Position numbers and translations under genes: made by a program. From positions 3,253 to 67,252 of the IMG/VR virus record IMGVR_UViG_3300037512_000559: DNA of 64,000 nt; one strand, written 5' to 3'. Origin of the DNA: a virus. Lineage: Duplodnaviria; Caudoviricetes. Under the pieces are notes generated by a model. The model was not told the origin of the DNA. It worked only from the letters and a program-made list of their open reading frames with translations, and made no database searches. Below are positions 1 through 8,639 of this stretch, in pieces; position 1 is the first letter of the stretch; every line of letters starts with the position of its first letter.

Positions 1-453
1 ATGTACACGGGACTTTCTTGGGTCACAATCGACACGGCCAATCAGACCCTTACTTTCGCCGCGCAGCAGAGCGGAGGGCAACCGCGTGGAGGCTACGTTT
101 CCGCGATAAACGCTAATGGCGGCGACTACGCCAATGTCAACGTTTTTCAAGGCGGCTACGCATCTATTTCTCGTTCTCCGAACTTCCTCATCTTCGATGC
201 GGCTGGCGGGACAAAGACATTTACGGTCTCTTACGAATACACTACGTTCGATGTGAGCTACCCACGCCCGACCATTACTATGCCATCGCTCATCATTACT
301 CCGTCAAACGGTGGCTCTGCAAGCGGTACTGGCTCGGTAACATTTACGGTGGTGTGCGGCCAGAAGGATACACAAGACCTCCTTCAAGGAACTATCACGA
401 TTCACCCGACCGCAACAGGTCTTTCGGATTTGACAATTAGAGTATCGCAATAA
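1..453 (+). CDS. C-terminal part of a tail/receptor-associated protein with BACON/Ig-like beta repeats (5' end probably outside the window)
   Basis: Beta-rich S/T/G sequence; WVTIDT...TLTFAAQQSGGQPRGGYV...NVFQ resembles a BACON repeat; first gene of the tail-fibre block. Confidence 0.5.
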   Translation: MYTGLSWVTIDTANQTLTFAAQQSGGQPRGGYVSAINANGGDYANVNVFQGGYASISRSPNFLIFDAAGGTKTFTVSYEYTTFDVSYPRPTITMPSLIITPSNGGSASGTGSVTFTVVCGQKDTQDLLQGTITIHPTATGLSDLTIRVSQ

Positions 454-465
454 AAACAGATAACA

Positions 466-1353
466 ATGGCAGACTATCAACTTCAACAATCCGGGCCTAC
501 CATCCAAGAGGCAATCAACATAGCTCTTGGTGTTCAAGCCCAAATATCGCAAGAGGCTACCGCGAGGGAGAACGCCGATGCGCAGCTTGCCAGCAAAACG
601 GAACTCCAGAGCGAGACCGCGAGGGCGATGGCGGCAGAAGCCCTGCTCGCCACCGCTGCCGCACTCGATTCTGAGGTTGCACGGGCTACCGGGCGGGAAG
701 GTGTATTGCAGGGAATGATTCAAGCAATCCTTGAGCTTATCCCGAATCAAGCCACCGATGCCAATCAGCTTGCCGACAAGAACTTTGTCAACTCGTCCAT
801 CGCAACCAGCGCGGCCACGTTCCGTGGTACTTCCGCCGCAGGGCTGACCTATCAGCAGTTTATCGCGTGGGCCAACTCCCTTCCTCACGAAGTCAACGAC
901 TATGTGTACTGGAACACAACAGATGGCGGAAATGTGGTTTACAAGAAATACAAGTTTGACGGTACTTCTTGGCTCTGGGAATACGACCTCAACAATTCGT
1001 CTTTCACCGCAGCGCAATGGTCGGCTATCAACTCGGCCATCACCGCAGAGCTTGTCGAAAAGCTCGGTGCGCTCCCGACAAACGCAGCCCTTCAACTCGC
1101 ACTTGCCGGGAAACAGGCTACTCTAACCTTTGACGAAGTGCCGACCGCCGGAAGCGACAACCCCGTAAAGAGCAAGGGTATCAAGAGTGCGATTTCCGCG
1201 CTTGAGACCTTTGTCGCCAACGGTGCGTTCGGCGTGAACTTCAACCAAGAGACCGGGCGCGTGTATGTCGTTACCCTCGAAAACAATACAACCATCAACG
1301 ATGCCACCCTCAACCAGACCACGGGGCGGCTGCAACTCGTTTATAACATTTAA
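466..1353 (+). CDS. Tail fibre/baseplate-associated structural protein
   Basis: EATARENAD coiled-coil segment and QLADKNFVNSSIATSAATFRG motif typical of phage fibre proteins; C-terminal NFNQETGR/NQTTGRL repeats. Confidence 0.55.
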   Translation: MADYQLQQSGPTIQEAINIALGVQAQISQEATARENADAQLASKTELQSETARAMAAEALLATAAALDSEVARATGREGVLQGMIQAILELIPNQATDANQLADKNFVNSSIATSAATFRGTSAAGLTYQQFIAWANSLPHEVNDYVYWNTTDGGNVVYKKYKFDGTSWLWEYDLNNSSFTAAQWSAINSAITAELVEKLGALPTNAALQLALAGKQATLTFDEVPTAGSDNPVKSKGIKSAISALETFVANGAFGVNFNQETGRVYVVTLENNTTINDATLNQTTGRLQLVYNI

Positions 1354-1357
1354 GGCT

Positions 1358-1657
1358 ATGGAAGGAACATACATCGGAACGAAACTCAAATACCAAGTGA
1401 CCGCCTCGTCATCCGGCTTCGATATGGTGGAAAATGACTTCACGGTGGAAATCACCAACGGCACAAAGAGCCGCGTTTTCGCCAAGAGCGAGCTTGTGCA
1501 GGATGAAAACAACAAGTTCTATGTGTGCTTCGACACGCGAGACTTCGGCATCGGGCAACTCACGATGATTATAACCGCCTTCGTGCCGGATTTGGACTTC
1601 GATGGCGGTATCAGAACCGAGGTCGAAAAGAAGGAACTAATCTACGTTAAGAACTAA
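1358..1657 (+). CDS. Hypothetical virion protein (Ig/BppU-like beta fold)
   Basis: ATG at 1358, 4 nt after the previous stop; 99 aa, beta-rich; tail-block context. Confidence 0.5.
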   Translation: MEGTYIGTKLKYQVTASSSGFDMVENDFTVEITNGTKSRVFAKSELVQDENNKFYVCFDTRDFGIGQLTMIITAFVPDLDFDGGIRTEVEKKELIYVKN

Positions 1658-1659
1658 CT

Positions 1660-1947
1660 ATGGGATGCCTCAATGTCATAATCAGCAGGGTTGGTAAACT
1701 CACCGCTTCGTTCACTCGAAATGGTGGGCTTACCGCATCCGCCAAGCGAATCGGTGGGGTTGCGACCTCCGCAAAAAGGGTCGGCGGCTTGTCCGTTGGC
1801 TCGGAGCGCGTAGGTGGTTTGAACGTTCAAGTCTCGCTCGTCTGCCCCGTGAACCTCGGTTCGGATATTTACCTTCTCGCCGCTGGCGATGGTTCTCTGC
1901 TTATGACACTTGACGGTGGATTCCTTTCGTTCAAAAGGAGGACTTAA
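1660..1947 (+). CDS. Hypothetical protein with 10-aa repeats
   Basis: R-[VIN]-G-[GK]-[LV]-x-x-S-x-x repeated about 5 times; tightly packed operon. Confidence 0.5.
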   Translation: MGCLNVIISRVGKLTASFTRNGGLTASAKRIGGVATSAKRVGGLSVGSERVGGLNVQVSLVCPVNLGSDIYLLAAGDGSLLMTLDGGFLSFKRRT

Positions 1948-1949
1948 CT

Positions 1950-2141
1950 ATGAAGATTTACAACCTAAACGAATCGAGCGGAGAGGAGATACAGGAACTC
2001 CTTGACAAGATTGACGACCTCGGCCCGGCAACTCAAGAGAAGGATGGCACGATGAGCCGCCAAGACAAGAGCAAGCTGGATAACGATGTACCGTATCGCG
2101 CACTCACAAACCTTGAAATAGAAGCAATACTAAATTCCTAA
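1950..2141 (+). CDS. Small tail-fibre-type protein
   Basis: ATQEKDGTMSRQDKSKLD fibre motif; C-terminal LTNLEIEAIL. Confidence 0.5.
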   Translation: MKIYNLNESSGEEIQELLDKIDDLGPATQEKDGTMSRQDKSKLDNDVPYRALTNLEIEAILNS

Positions 2142-2146
2142 CAACT

Positions 2147-2803
2147 ATGGCACAAGAAAAAGACTATTTTGAAAGTAACGGCCTACTCTATCTCTGGACG
2201 AGGCTCAAACAAATCTTCTATCGCAAACCGTCTGGTGGCATTCCGGCATCCGACCTTACGGAAGCCGTGCAAACCTCGCTTGGCAAGGCCGACACCGCAG
2301 TACAGGATGTGTCTGGCAAGGCCGATAAGGTTTCGGGCGGCACGAACAACAACTTTGCCGCTCTCGACGCAAACGGAAACCTAAAGGATTCCGGCAAGAA
2401 GGCTTCCGACTTCCAGACACCGCAGACCACACTCGCTGGCTACGGCATCACCGATGCGTACACGAAAGCAGAGGTTGACGCAAAGACATCTGCGGCATAC
2501 AAACCCGCTGGCTCTGCGGCAAGCCTCTCGGAACTCGGCTCGCTCACGGCGGCAAACTTGAACAAGCTCTACGATATGTCTGCGGCCTTCACCACGACCA
2601 GTGACTTCAAGGACTACGCCACGCAGGGGGCAAAGACCTTCCCCGCCGGAACGCAGGTCGCAATCATCAACACGGGTACGGAGCAGAACCCCGTCTATAA
2701 GTACGACACCCTCTCCGGCCTCCAAGACCTGTCGGCGTATCAGCTTTCGGCAGACCTCGTTCCAATTACCAACGAAGAAATAGACGACATTTTGGCTTCG
2801 TAA
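2147..2803 (+). CDS. Tail fibre protein
   Basis: GKADKV..., NFAALDANGNLKDSGK and TTLAGYGITDAYTK motifs common in phage fibres. Confidence 0.6.
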   Translation: MAQEKDYFESNGLLYLWTRLKQIFYRKPSGGIPASDLTEAVQTSLGKADTAVQDVSGKADKVSGGTNNNFAALDANGNLKDSGKKASDFQTPQTTLAGYGITDAYTKAEVDAKTSAAYKPAGSAASLSELGSLTAANLNKLYDMSAAFTTTSDFKDYATQGAKTFPAGTQVAIINTGTEQNPVYKYDTLSGLQDLSAYQLSADLVPITNEEIDDILAS

Positions 2804-2806
2804 GCG

Positions 2807-3037
2807 ATGAAAGATTACCTCAACAAGACGGGCCTCAACCACTTATGGGCTGGAATCAAAGCGCGGATTGTTCCTATCGAGCAAGCCGTGTCGGTCGCGT
2901 CTTTGGTTTTCACCGTGAACTTCAACCAGACTACGGGAAAGTTGACACTCTCACGGCCAGAAGGAGAATCGAGGCTTACATCCGCGTCCATTGACCCTAC
3001 GACCGGGCAACTCAAAATAACTATCAATACTAACTAA
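2807..3037 (+). CDS. Small tail-fibre adaptor-like protein
   Basis: N-terminal KDYLNKTGLNHLWAGIK resembles the start of the 2147 protein; C-terminus resembles the end of the 466 protein. Confidence 0.5.
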   Translation: MKDYLNKTGLNHLWAGIKARIVPIEQAVSVASLVFTVNFNQTTGKLTLSRPEGESRLTSASIDPTTGQLKITINTN

Positions 3038-3039
3038 TT

Positions 3040-4599
3040 ATGGCTGACACAATTACTATCGAAGCAGGTAGCCTTCCTGTATCGCGTGGTGCATTTGTGG
3101 ATGGAACGACCCAACCGTCGGACATCTACAAGTTCAATCGCTTCACTTATCTGGGGAGCGAGTTTGAGGCTACTATCGACCACCCGACTACCACGCCGGG
3201 TTCTCTCTCGAACGGCTATCCCGTAGCTAATACGGGGTGGCGCGTTGTGGCCGTTGGTGCTGGCGCAGAGACCGCCGCACAGGTGGACGCGAACACTCGC
3301 GCCATCGTGGGGCAGAACGCCCGCATCAATGCGCTCGAACTTGAGGCTCAAGACCTCTCTATGCGCGACAATATGGGTAACAAGATGATTCTCCGAAACA
3401 CCGCAAACACCTATGTTGTCCGTGCTGCCGGAACTTACTGCATTCCTCTTGTCTATGGCAATGGTATCAAGAACTCAAAGGAGAACGCACAGGCGTACAC
3501 CCGTCAAGGCTCTACCTATACCGCCGCCTTCGTCAATCACCTCGGAAACGCCATCACAAGTCCGTACATCGAGAAGAACTCCGGCTGCGAAGCTGGCTCC
3601 GTCGGACTGCTCTGGCAGACTGGTACTGGCCTCATTTCCGCAATCACGCTCGAACCCGGTACGGATTGCCGATACATCCGCTTTACTGCTGGCAGCATCC
3701 CCGCCACCAACGGCCTTGCGATAATTTTCGTGAAGGACTTGAGCGGCAAGATTATGTGGTCTTGGACTCTTTGGCTCACGACCGACAACCTCGACTTCGA
3801 GACCATCCAGAACCACACGGATGTGGACTACGAAATGATGCCGGAAGCACTTGGTACGATTTGGAACGCAGACCGTACCCGTTGCGTCAATCCGCACTTC
3901 CAATGGGGGCGCAAAGACCCGATGTGTCCTCCTTCCGCGTACAACTCCAACTCCAATATGTCGCTTTACGACATTGATGGCAACGCCTATTCTGGTTGGG
4001 GCGTTCTCGGAACGGATGGCGACCAACTCGCTACCAAGACTGTGGCGAACGCCATCCAGAACCCCAACCTGTTCTTCACGCGCTACGATTCGACCAATCA
4101 CAACTGGAACAATCTCGCGTGGTTCAACAACTTCTGGGCGGCAAACATCACGGGTAGTGGCGACCTCGCTGACAACCAAGACACCGCAATCAAGACCATC
4201 TACGACCCCTGCCCGCCGTTCACAATGCTACCCGCAGGACGCGCTTGGACTGGCTTCACCACCGATGGCGGAAACCACGGAGATAGCCTCTACCAATACT
4301 TCAACGTTGTTGACAAGAATGGTAGCGGCGATATATCCTCTGCCGACTTCACGAACGGCTGGTGGTTCAAGAAGAACGCATCCGATGATGTCGGAACGTA
4401 CTATCCGGCCTCCGGCTACCGCGACAGCGGTTCGGGTGGTCTCAGCGATGTTGGGTCGTACGGCTACTGCTGGTCGTTCGCTCCGGGCTCGCAGACCTAC
4501 GCCCGGGGCTTGGGCTTCCGTTCCGGCGGCGTTGGCCCGCTGCGCAGCAGCTACCGTGCGTACGGTTTCTCGGTGCGGCCCGCCAAAGAATTAAGTTAA
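3040..4599 (+). CDS. DGR target protein 1 (putative receptor-binding adhesin; C-terminal CLec-type variable region)
   Basis: 3' end matches TR with A-specific mismatches; TANTYVV, WSWTLWLT and FQWGRKDP motifs of Bacteroidales fimbrial-tip-like DGR targets; lies in the tail block. Confidence 0.9.
   Translation: MADTITIEAGSLPVSRGAFVDGTTQPSDIYKFNRFTYLGSEFEATIDHPTTTPGSLSNGYPVANTGWRVVAVGAGAETAAQVDANTRAIVGQNARINALELEAQDLSMRDNMGNKMILRNTANTYVVRAAGTYCIPLVYGNGIKNSKENAQAYTRQGSTYTAAFVNHLGNAITSPYIEKNSGCEAGSVGLLWQTGTGLISAITLEPGTDCRYIRFTAGSIPATNGLAIIFVKDLSGKIMWSWTLWLTTDNLDFETIQNHTDVDYEMMPEALGTIWNADRTRCVNPHFQWGRKDPMCPPSAYNSNSNMSLYDIDGNAYSGWGVLGTDGDQLATKTVANAIQNPNLFFTRYDSTNHNWNNLAWFNNFWAANITGSGDLADNQDTAIKTIYDPCPPFTMLPAGRAWTGFTTDGGNHGDSLYQYFNVVDKNGSGDISSADFTNGWWFKKNASDDVGTYYPASGYRDSGSGGLSDVGSYGYCWSFAPGSQTYARGLGFRSGGVGPLRSSYRAYGFSVRPAKELS
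4406..4592 (+). repeat. DGR variable repeat VR1
   Basis: 187-nt ungapped match to TR 5372-5558; 26 mismatches, 25 at TR adenines; all 17 AAY codons altered. Confidence 0.97.
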
Positions 4600-4609
4600 A
4601 ACCTTTACC

Positions 4610-4638
4610 AGCCCCCGACCATTTTAAGGGCGGGGGCT
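4610..4638 (+). promoter_or_regulatory. DGR target-recognition hairpin downstream of VR1/IMH
   Basis: AGCCCCCG-ACCATTTTAAGGG-CGGGGGCT; same loop and spacing as the VR2 hairpin. Confidence 0.8.
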
Positions 4639-4655
4639 ATAAAACCACCAACCCC

Positions 4656-4802
4656 GTGAAGGTAAAAATCATTATCAAGGATTCCGTAGTAGTTCTACCG
4701 AACGACGAATTGCGCAGGGAGATAGACAATTTCGACATCGCAAGCGCAACGCCGGAGGATTGCCACTACTTCATCAGAAGGCTCAAGAGACTATGGAAAT
4801 AA
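4656..4802 (+). CDS. Small DGR accessory ORF (48 aa), MutS C-terminal-like (MSL-type)
   Basis: Manually translated, GTG start, not in the ORF track; EIDNFDIASATPEDCHYFIRRLKRL resembles the MutS C-terminal D-x-x-x-x-TP-x-x-x-x-x-x-x-x-LK motif; overlaps the avd start. Confidence 0.55.
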   Translation: MKVKIIIKDSVVVLPNDELRREIDNFDIASATPEDCHYFIRRLKRLWK

Positions 4803-5155
4803 ACCAGTTACCCGTTTACAACAAGACGAGACGGTTGTTCTTGCAATTCGTGATTTCTACGAGAAAAAACCCGCCAGACATCAAGCAGGGCATAATCTAC
4901 GACACGAAGCAGCTTCTTATCGGTATTCTTCGTTGGATTTCGTTCGCCAACGAAGAAGTCACGAATATGGAGCAGCGTGCGCAGTTTATCAAGGACGCTA
5001 TTGGCGCGATGAAAACCGTGAAGATAAACGTTAGAATCATCTACGACCTTCACTATATCAAGACAAGCGGCTTTTCCTCCATAATCGAACTTGAGGAGGA
5101 TGTTTCTCGCCAACTCGCGGGGTGGTACAACACAACTACTAAAACGAACAATTAA
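4793..5155 (+). CDS. avd: DGR accessory variability determinant (four-helix bundle)
   Basis: 120 aa, helical; LPVY at the N-terminus, RIIYDLHYI...RQLAGW at the C-terminus; lies between target and TR. Confidence 0.85.
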   Translation: MEINQLPVYNKTRRLFLQFVISTRKNPPDIKQGIIYDTKQLLIGILRWISFANEEVTNMEQRAQFIKDAIGAMKTVKINVRIIYDLHYIKTSGFSSIIELEEDVSRQLAGWYNTTTKTNN

Positions 5156-5371
5156 CCCGTATGAACACGCCGCGAAATAGGCAGAAGATGGTTGAACCTG
5201 CGGTAAATCGTATTCACTCCGTCCAGTCCTTCTCAATTCAGCATCCGACCCTCAAGACAAGGATATATCAGATGCTGCTTGCGATTGCGTTTGTTTTCGC
5301 AACGGCGGAAGTCTATGCCACCGTCAACGTTTCGTCCCCGATGGCATATTCACAAAACAAGATGCTCATAG

Positions 5372-5558
5372 CGGCCTCCGGCTACCGCAACAACGGTTCG
5401 GGTGGTCTCAGCAATGTTGGGTCGAACGGCAACTACTGGTCGTTCGCTCCGAACTCGCAGACCAACGCCCGGAACTTGAACTTCAATTCCGGCAACGTTA
5501 ACCCGCTGAACAACAACAACCGTGCTAACGGTTTCTCGGTGCGGCCCGCCAAAGAATT
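5372..5558 (+). ncRNA. DGR template repeat (TR)
   Basis: AAC-codon-rich invariant copy of VR1 and VR2, between avd and RT; 3' IMH*-like end diverges (GAATTGGGGG versus GAATTAAGTT in both VRs). Confidence 0.95.
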
Positions 5559-5601
5559 GGGGGTAGTGGCGTGTTCATATTTCAAAAAAAAAGCAAGTGA
5601 T

Positions 5602-6768
5602 ATGAATTATTCGATTTCGGATATTCACTCGCTTGTTACGAGGGCTTATCTAAAAGCGCGTGAAGAAGAAAGGGGTACGGATGCGCAGGTCGAGTTTGAA
5701 CTGAACCTCGAAGGCAACATCAGAGACATTGAACTTGAACTTTACCGTCGCGTATGGTGGCCGCAACCGCTCGATTGGTTCGTGATTGTCGAGCCGACCG
5801 TCCGTGAGGTGTTCGCGCCGAAGTTCCGCGACCGCGTGGTAAGTCACGTTCTGTTTATGCTCATATCGCCAATCTTTGAGCGATACTTCGTGTTTGATTC
5901 GTTTTCTTGCCGAAAGGGGAAAGGAACTCTTGTTGGCATTGAACGACTTGAGCATCACATACGTTCCGTAACCAACAACTATACGAACGATGCTTGGAGT
6001 TTGAACTACGACATCCGGGCCTACTTTATGTCGATTGTTCGCGAGCGTCTATTCTACATAATAGATGACACTTTGGTTAAAAACCAGCTTCGCCAACCAG
6101 AACTCATTGATTACGACTTCGCCAGATGGCTCGTTGCCACCATCCTTTCACGCGACCCGCTTGAAGGTTGTGTTTACCACGGAAATCCGAACCTCATAAA
6201 ACTTATCCAGCCCGGCAAGAGCCTACGCGACCAAGAGCCGGGTGTTGGAATCCCTATCGGCGATGTGATGAACCAGTTGTGTTCAAACATCTACCTCAAC
6301 GAGTTCGACCAATATGTAAAGAGGGAACTTCATATTAGAAACTCTGTACGGTACGTTGATGACGGGAAGATGCTTCACCAAAGCCGTACATACCTTGAGG
6401 ATTGCTGGTGCTTGGCCGAAAAGTTCTTGAAGGAACGCCTTGCACTCACGCTCAACCCGAACAAAACAACCATTACGAATGTCTATGACACGATATATTT
6501 CCTCGGCTCTGCATTGAAGCCTTATCGCAGACACGCACGAAACGAAACTGTTGAGCGATTTAAGAAATATATCGAGGATGCGAACATCAACCTTGCGGAA
6601 GGAACGGTTGCCCCTAAACACGTTCTATCCAACATCAATTCACGCCTCGGATACTTCTCGCACTTCGATGAGTGGAGAATGATTCATAAGGCTCTTGAGG
6701 ATGCGCCATATATCACAAAATACTTCGATTTCACCCCAGACCTAAAGAAAGCAATTATCAAACACTAA
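5602..6768 (+). CDS. DGR reverse transcriptase (388 aa from the likely ATG at 5602)
   Basis: FRDRVV, DSFSCRKGKG, YDIRAYF, GIPIG..NQ..SNIYL and RYVDD motifs; adjacent TR and avd. Confidence 0.95.
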   Translation: MNYSISDIHSLVTRAYLKAREEERGTDAQVEFELNLEGNIRDIELELYRRVWWPQPLDWFVIVEPTVREVFAPKFRDRVVSHVLFMLISPIFERYFVFDSFSCRKGKGTLVGIERLEHHIRSVTNNYTNDAWSLNYDIRAYFMSIVRERLFYIIDDTLVKNQLRQPELIDYDFARWLVATILSRDPLEGCVYHGNPNLIKLIQPGKSLRDQEPGVGIPIGDVMNQLCSNIYLNEFDQYVKRELHIRNSVRYVDDGKMLHQSRTYLEDCWCLAEKFLKERLALTLNPNKTTITNVYDTIYFLGSALKPYRRHARNETVERFKKYIEDANINLAEGTVAPKHVLSNINSRLGYFSHFDEWRMIHKALEDAPYITKYFDFTPDLKKAIIKH

Positions 6769-6774
6769 TACAAA

Positions 6775-7485
6775 ATGGAAAAACGTTACACCTTTCTTGA
6801 ACCCAAGCTCTACGATGCGCTCCCGAATGGACGCATCCGGGTCTATTACGATGAAGTGGTTTCTACTGAAACCGTAACCCGAAAGGATGAGGAAACGGGT
6901 GCCGAGACGACCGAATCCTACACGGTGTACTCCTACCGCGTGGCGGATGCCGATGCACTTGAGCGCACCTCGCTCATCGTCGCCCTCATCCGCGCAGACT
7001 ATTCCGCTGACGATGAACTCGCCATCCAGAGACAGAAGGATGACAAGCCGGGCGATTACAACGCTTACAACGCTTACGTTGAGAAATGCAAGGCTATCGC
7101 CAAACGCACCATCGAAGGCGATACGCTCGACACCGTAAAGGAGATGAAGATTGCCGACCTCGGAATCTACGACGCTTCCCCGGCGGTCAACTCATTCACT
7201 ATCGGAAATGCGGTTATGTGGCTCTCGCCAGACCGTCGCTCCAACCTCAAGAACGCGGTCGAAGCACTCAGTTCGCAGGGTGTGGAAACCGTAACCTTTA
7301 TGGGTATGCGGCTTCCGGCGAATACCGCGCTCCAGATGCTCGCGGCCATTGAAAGCTATGCTGCGGTCTGCTCGCAGGTTACGGACTCCCACCGTGCCGC
7401 AATCTCGGAACTCGGCAACGCAGCGGAGGTCGCCCGCTACGACTTCACGGTTGGCTACCCCGAACATCCGGCATTTGAAATCTAA
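6775..7485 (+). CDS. DUF4376-like tail-associated/fibre-assembly protein
   Basis: YDASPAVNSF...MWL...YAAVC...H.AAI..L...YDFTVGYP pattern. Confidence 0.6.
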   Translation: MEKRYTFLEPKLYDALPNGRIRVYYDEVVSTETVTRKDEETGAETTESYTVYSYRVADADALERTSLIVALIRADYSADDELAIQRQKDDKPGDYNAYNAYVEKCKAIAKRTIEGDTLDTVKEMKIADLGIYDASPAVNSFTIGNAVMWLSPDRRSNLKNAVEALSSQGVETVTFMGMRLPANTALQMLAAIESYAAVCSQVTDSHRAAISELGNAAEVARYDFTVGYPEHPAFEI

Positions 7486-7490
7486 CAATC

Positions 7491-7565
7491 AACCGGGCGG
7501 GAGTAGGCGGCAGCGTGTCAGCCATCCCACCACGCGGGCTTTGGACGAAACCGCCCGGTTTTTTA
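7491..7565 (+). terminator. Terminator-like 10-bp stem with a 50-nt structured loop before the lysis cassette
   Basis: AACCGGGCGG (7491-7500) / CCGCCCGGTT (7551-7560) followed by a T-run. Confidence 0.5.
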
Positions 7566-7578
7566 ATACAACAAAACT

Positions 7579-8097
7579 ATGACAACTTTTGCACTCGTTA
7601 CTACCATCGTAAGCCTCGTCCTTATGGCTGGCTTCTCCGCCCTTTCTATCGTGAAATTCGGGTGGCAACTCGCTTATTCCTCGTTCTCGTCCAAATGGAT
7701 GGAGGCCGTACCTATGCACAACGTGAACCTCTGGAGCATCGTTACCTTCTTCATCGCGGTTCTGCTTATGCCCGCAATGATTGAAGTTGGCGAAGGGAGC
7801 GTTGTTCAGTTTCTCGGATTCTTTGCCCCGCTTTACCTTCTCGTTGCGGCCTTCACGCCGAAGTGGGAGACCGACAAGAAGCAGGGGAGAATCCACTTTA
7901 TCGGAACGGTTCTCTGCGCCACGGTGTCTATCGCGTGGATAATTTTCGTAGCCCATCTCTGGTGGGTATTGCCGATTGGTTTTGTCGCAGCGGCCATCCC
8001 CGCCTATTTCACCAAGACCTATAAGACATCGTGGGTGTTCTGGCTCGAAATGGCCGCTTTCACGTCGGTCTATCTCACCGTTTTCATAAAGGGATAG
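7579..8097 (+). CDS. Multi-pass membrane protein (lysis region)
   Basis: About 5 hydrophobic segments; directly upstream of the holin. Confidence 0.6.
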   Translation: MTTFALVTTIVSLVLMAGFSALSIVKFGWQLAYSSFSSKWMEAVPMHNVNLWSIVTFFIAVLLMPAMIEVGEGSVVQFLGFFAPLYLLVAAFTPKWETDKKQGRIHFIGTVLCATVSIAWIIFVAHLWWVLPIGFVAAAIPAYFTKTYKTSWVFWLEMAAFTSVYLTVFIKG

Positions 8098-8101
8098 CAA
8101 G

Positions 8102-8638
8102 ATGAAAGCCCTAACAGTCCTTGAAAGTGACGCGGCTATTGCCATCGAGAGTGGAATCTCGGCAACCGTGGTTGCGTTCCTTCAAACTGCGGTTTTACGA
8201 ATGATACCTTACTCCGTCCCGGCGATTGTGATTATCCTCCTTGACCTTTTGTATGGTGTCAAGGCGGCAAGGCATCGCGGCGAGAAGGTGAGGTTTTCAA
8301 CCGCAGTACGGAGAACGACCTCCAAGATTGTTTCCTACATCTGCTGGCTCATCCTCGCATCCACCCTCGCAATCTCTTTCGAGAAGGACTGGCTGGAGTG
8401 GGCGGTGCTTGGGCTTGTCTATGTCAACGAGTTCGCATCCATCATTGGAAACTACCTCGAAACAAAAGGCATTGAGTTCTCCTTCGTGAATCTTTACAGG
8501 TGGATTATCAAAGTCATCGCCGGGAAAGCTGGCGAGGCGATGGATTCCGCGGAGGCGGAGGAGATAATCAAGCCGAAACGTAAAAAGCCGGGTGTTAAGA
8601 CCCCGGATTCAGCAAAAGAACGCAAAAATCAAAGATAA
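8102..8638 (+). CDS. Holin (phage holin 4-1-like)
   Basis: LDLLYGVKAAR..GEKVRFSTAVRRT.SKI.SY and E..SIIGNY motifs; TM segments; precedes the endolysin. Confidence 0.75.
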   Translation: MKALTVLESDAAIAIESGISATVVAFLQTAVLRMIPYSVPAIVIILLDLLYGVKAARHRGEKVRFSTAVRRTTSKIVSYICWLILASTLAISFEKDWLEWAVLGLVYVNEFASIIGNYLETKGIEFSFVNLYRWIIKVIAGKAGEAMDSAEAEEIIKPKRKKPGVKTPDSAKERKNQR

Positions 8639-8639
8639 G

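Noticed and set aside
4558-4560. T-to-G mismatch between TR and VR1 as evidence of non-adenine mutagenesis
   Set aside because: A single synonymous change next to a mutated codon, absent in VR2; too little to support a claim.
5161-5601. N-terminal extension of the 535-aa RT ORF
   Set aside because: It is the TR and its leader read in frame (poly-Asn pattern); RT motifs start only after the ATG at 5602.
5602-6768. Group II intron, retron or Abi RT
   Set aside because: TR/VR pairs with adenine-specific mismatches and an avd gene identify a DGR.
7540-7552. Hammerhead ribozyme (GGACGAAAC); a similar idea for CTGATG...GAAAC near 39866
   Set aside because: The required CUGANGA core and three-stem junction cannot be formed.
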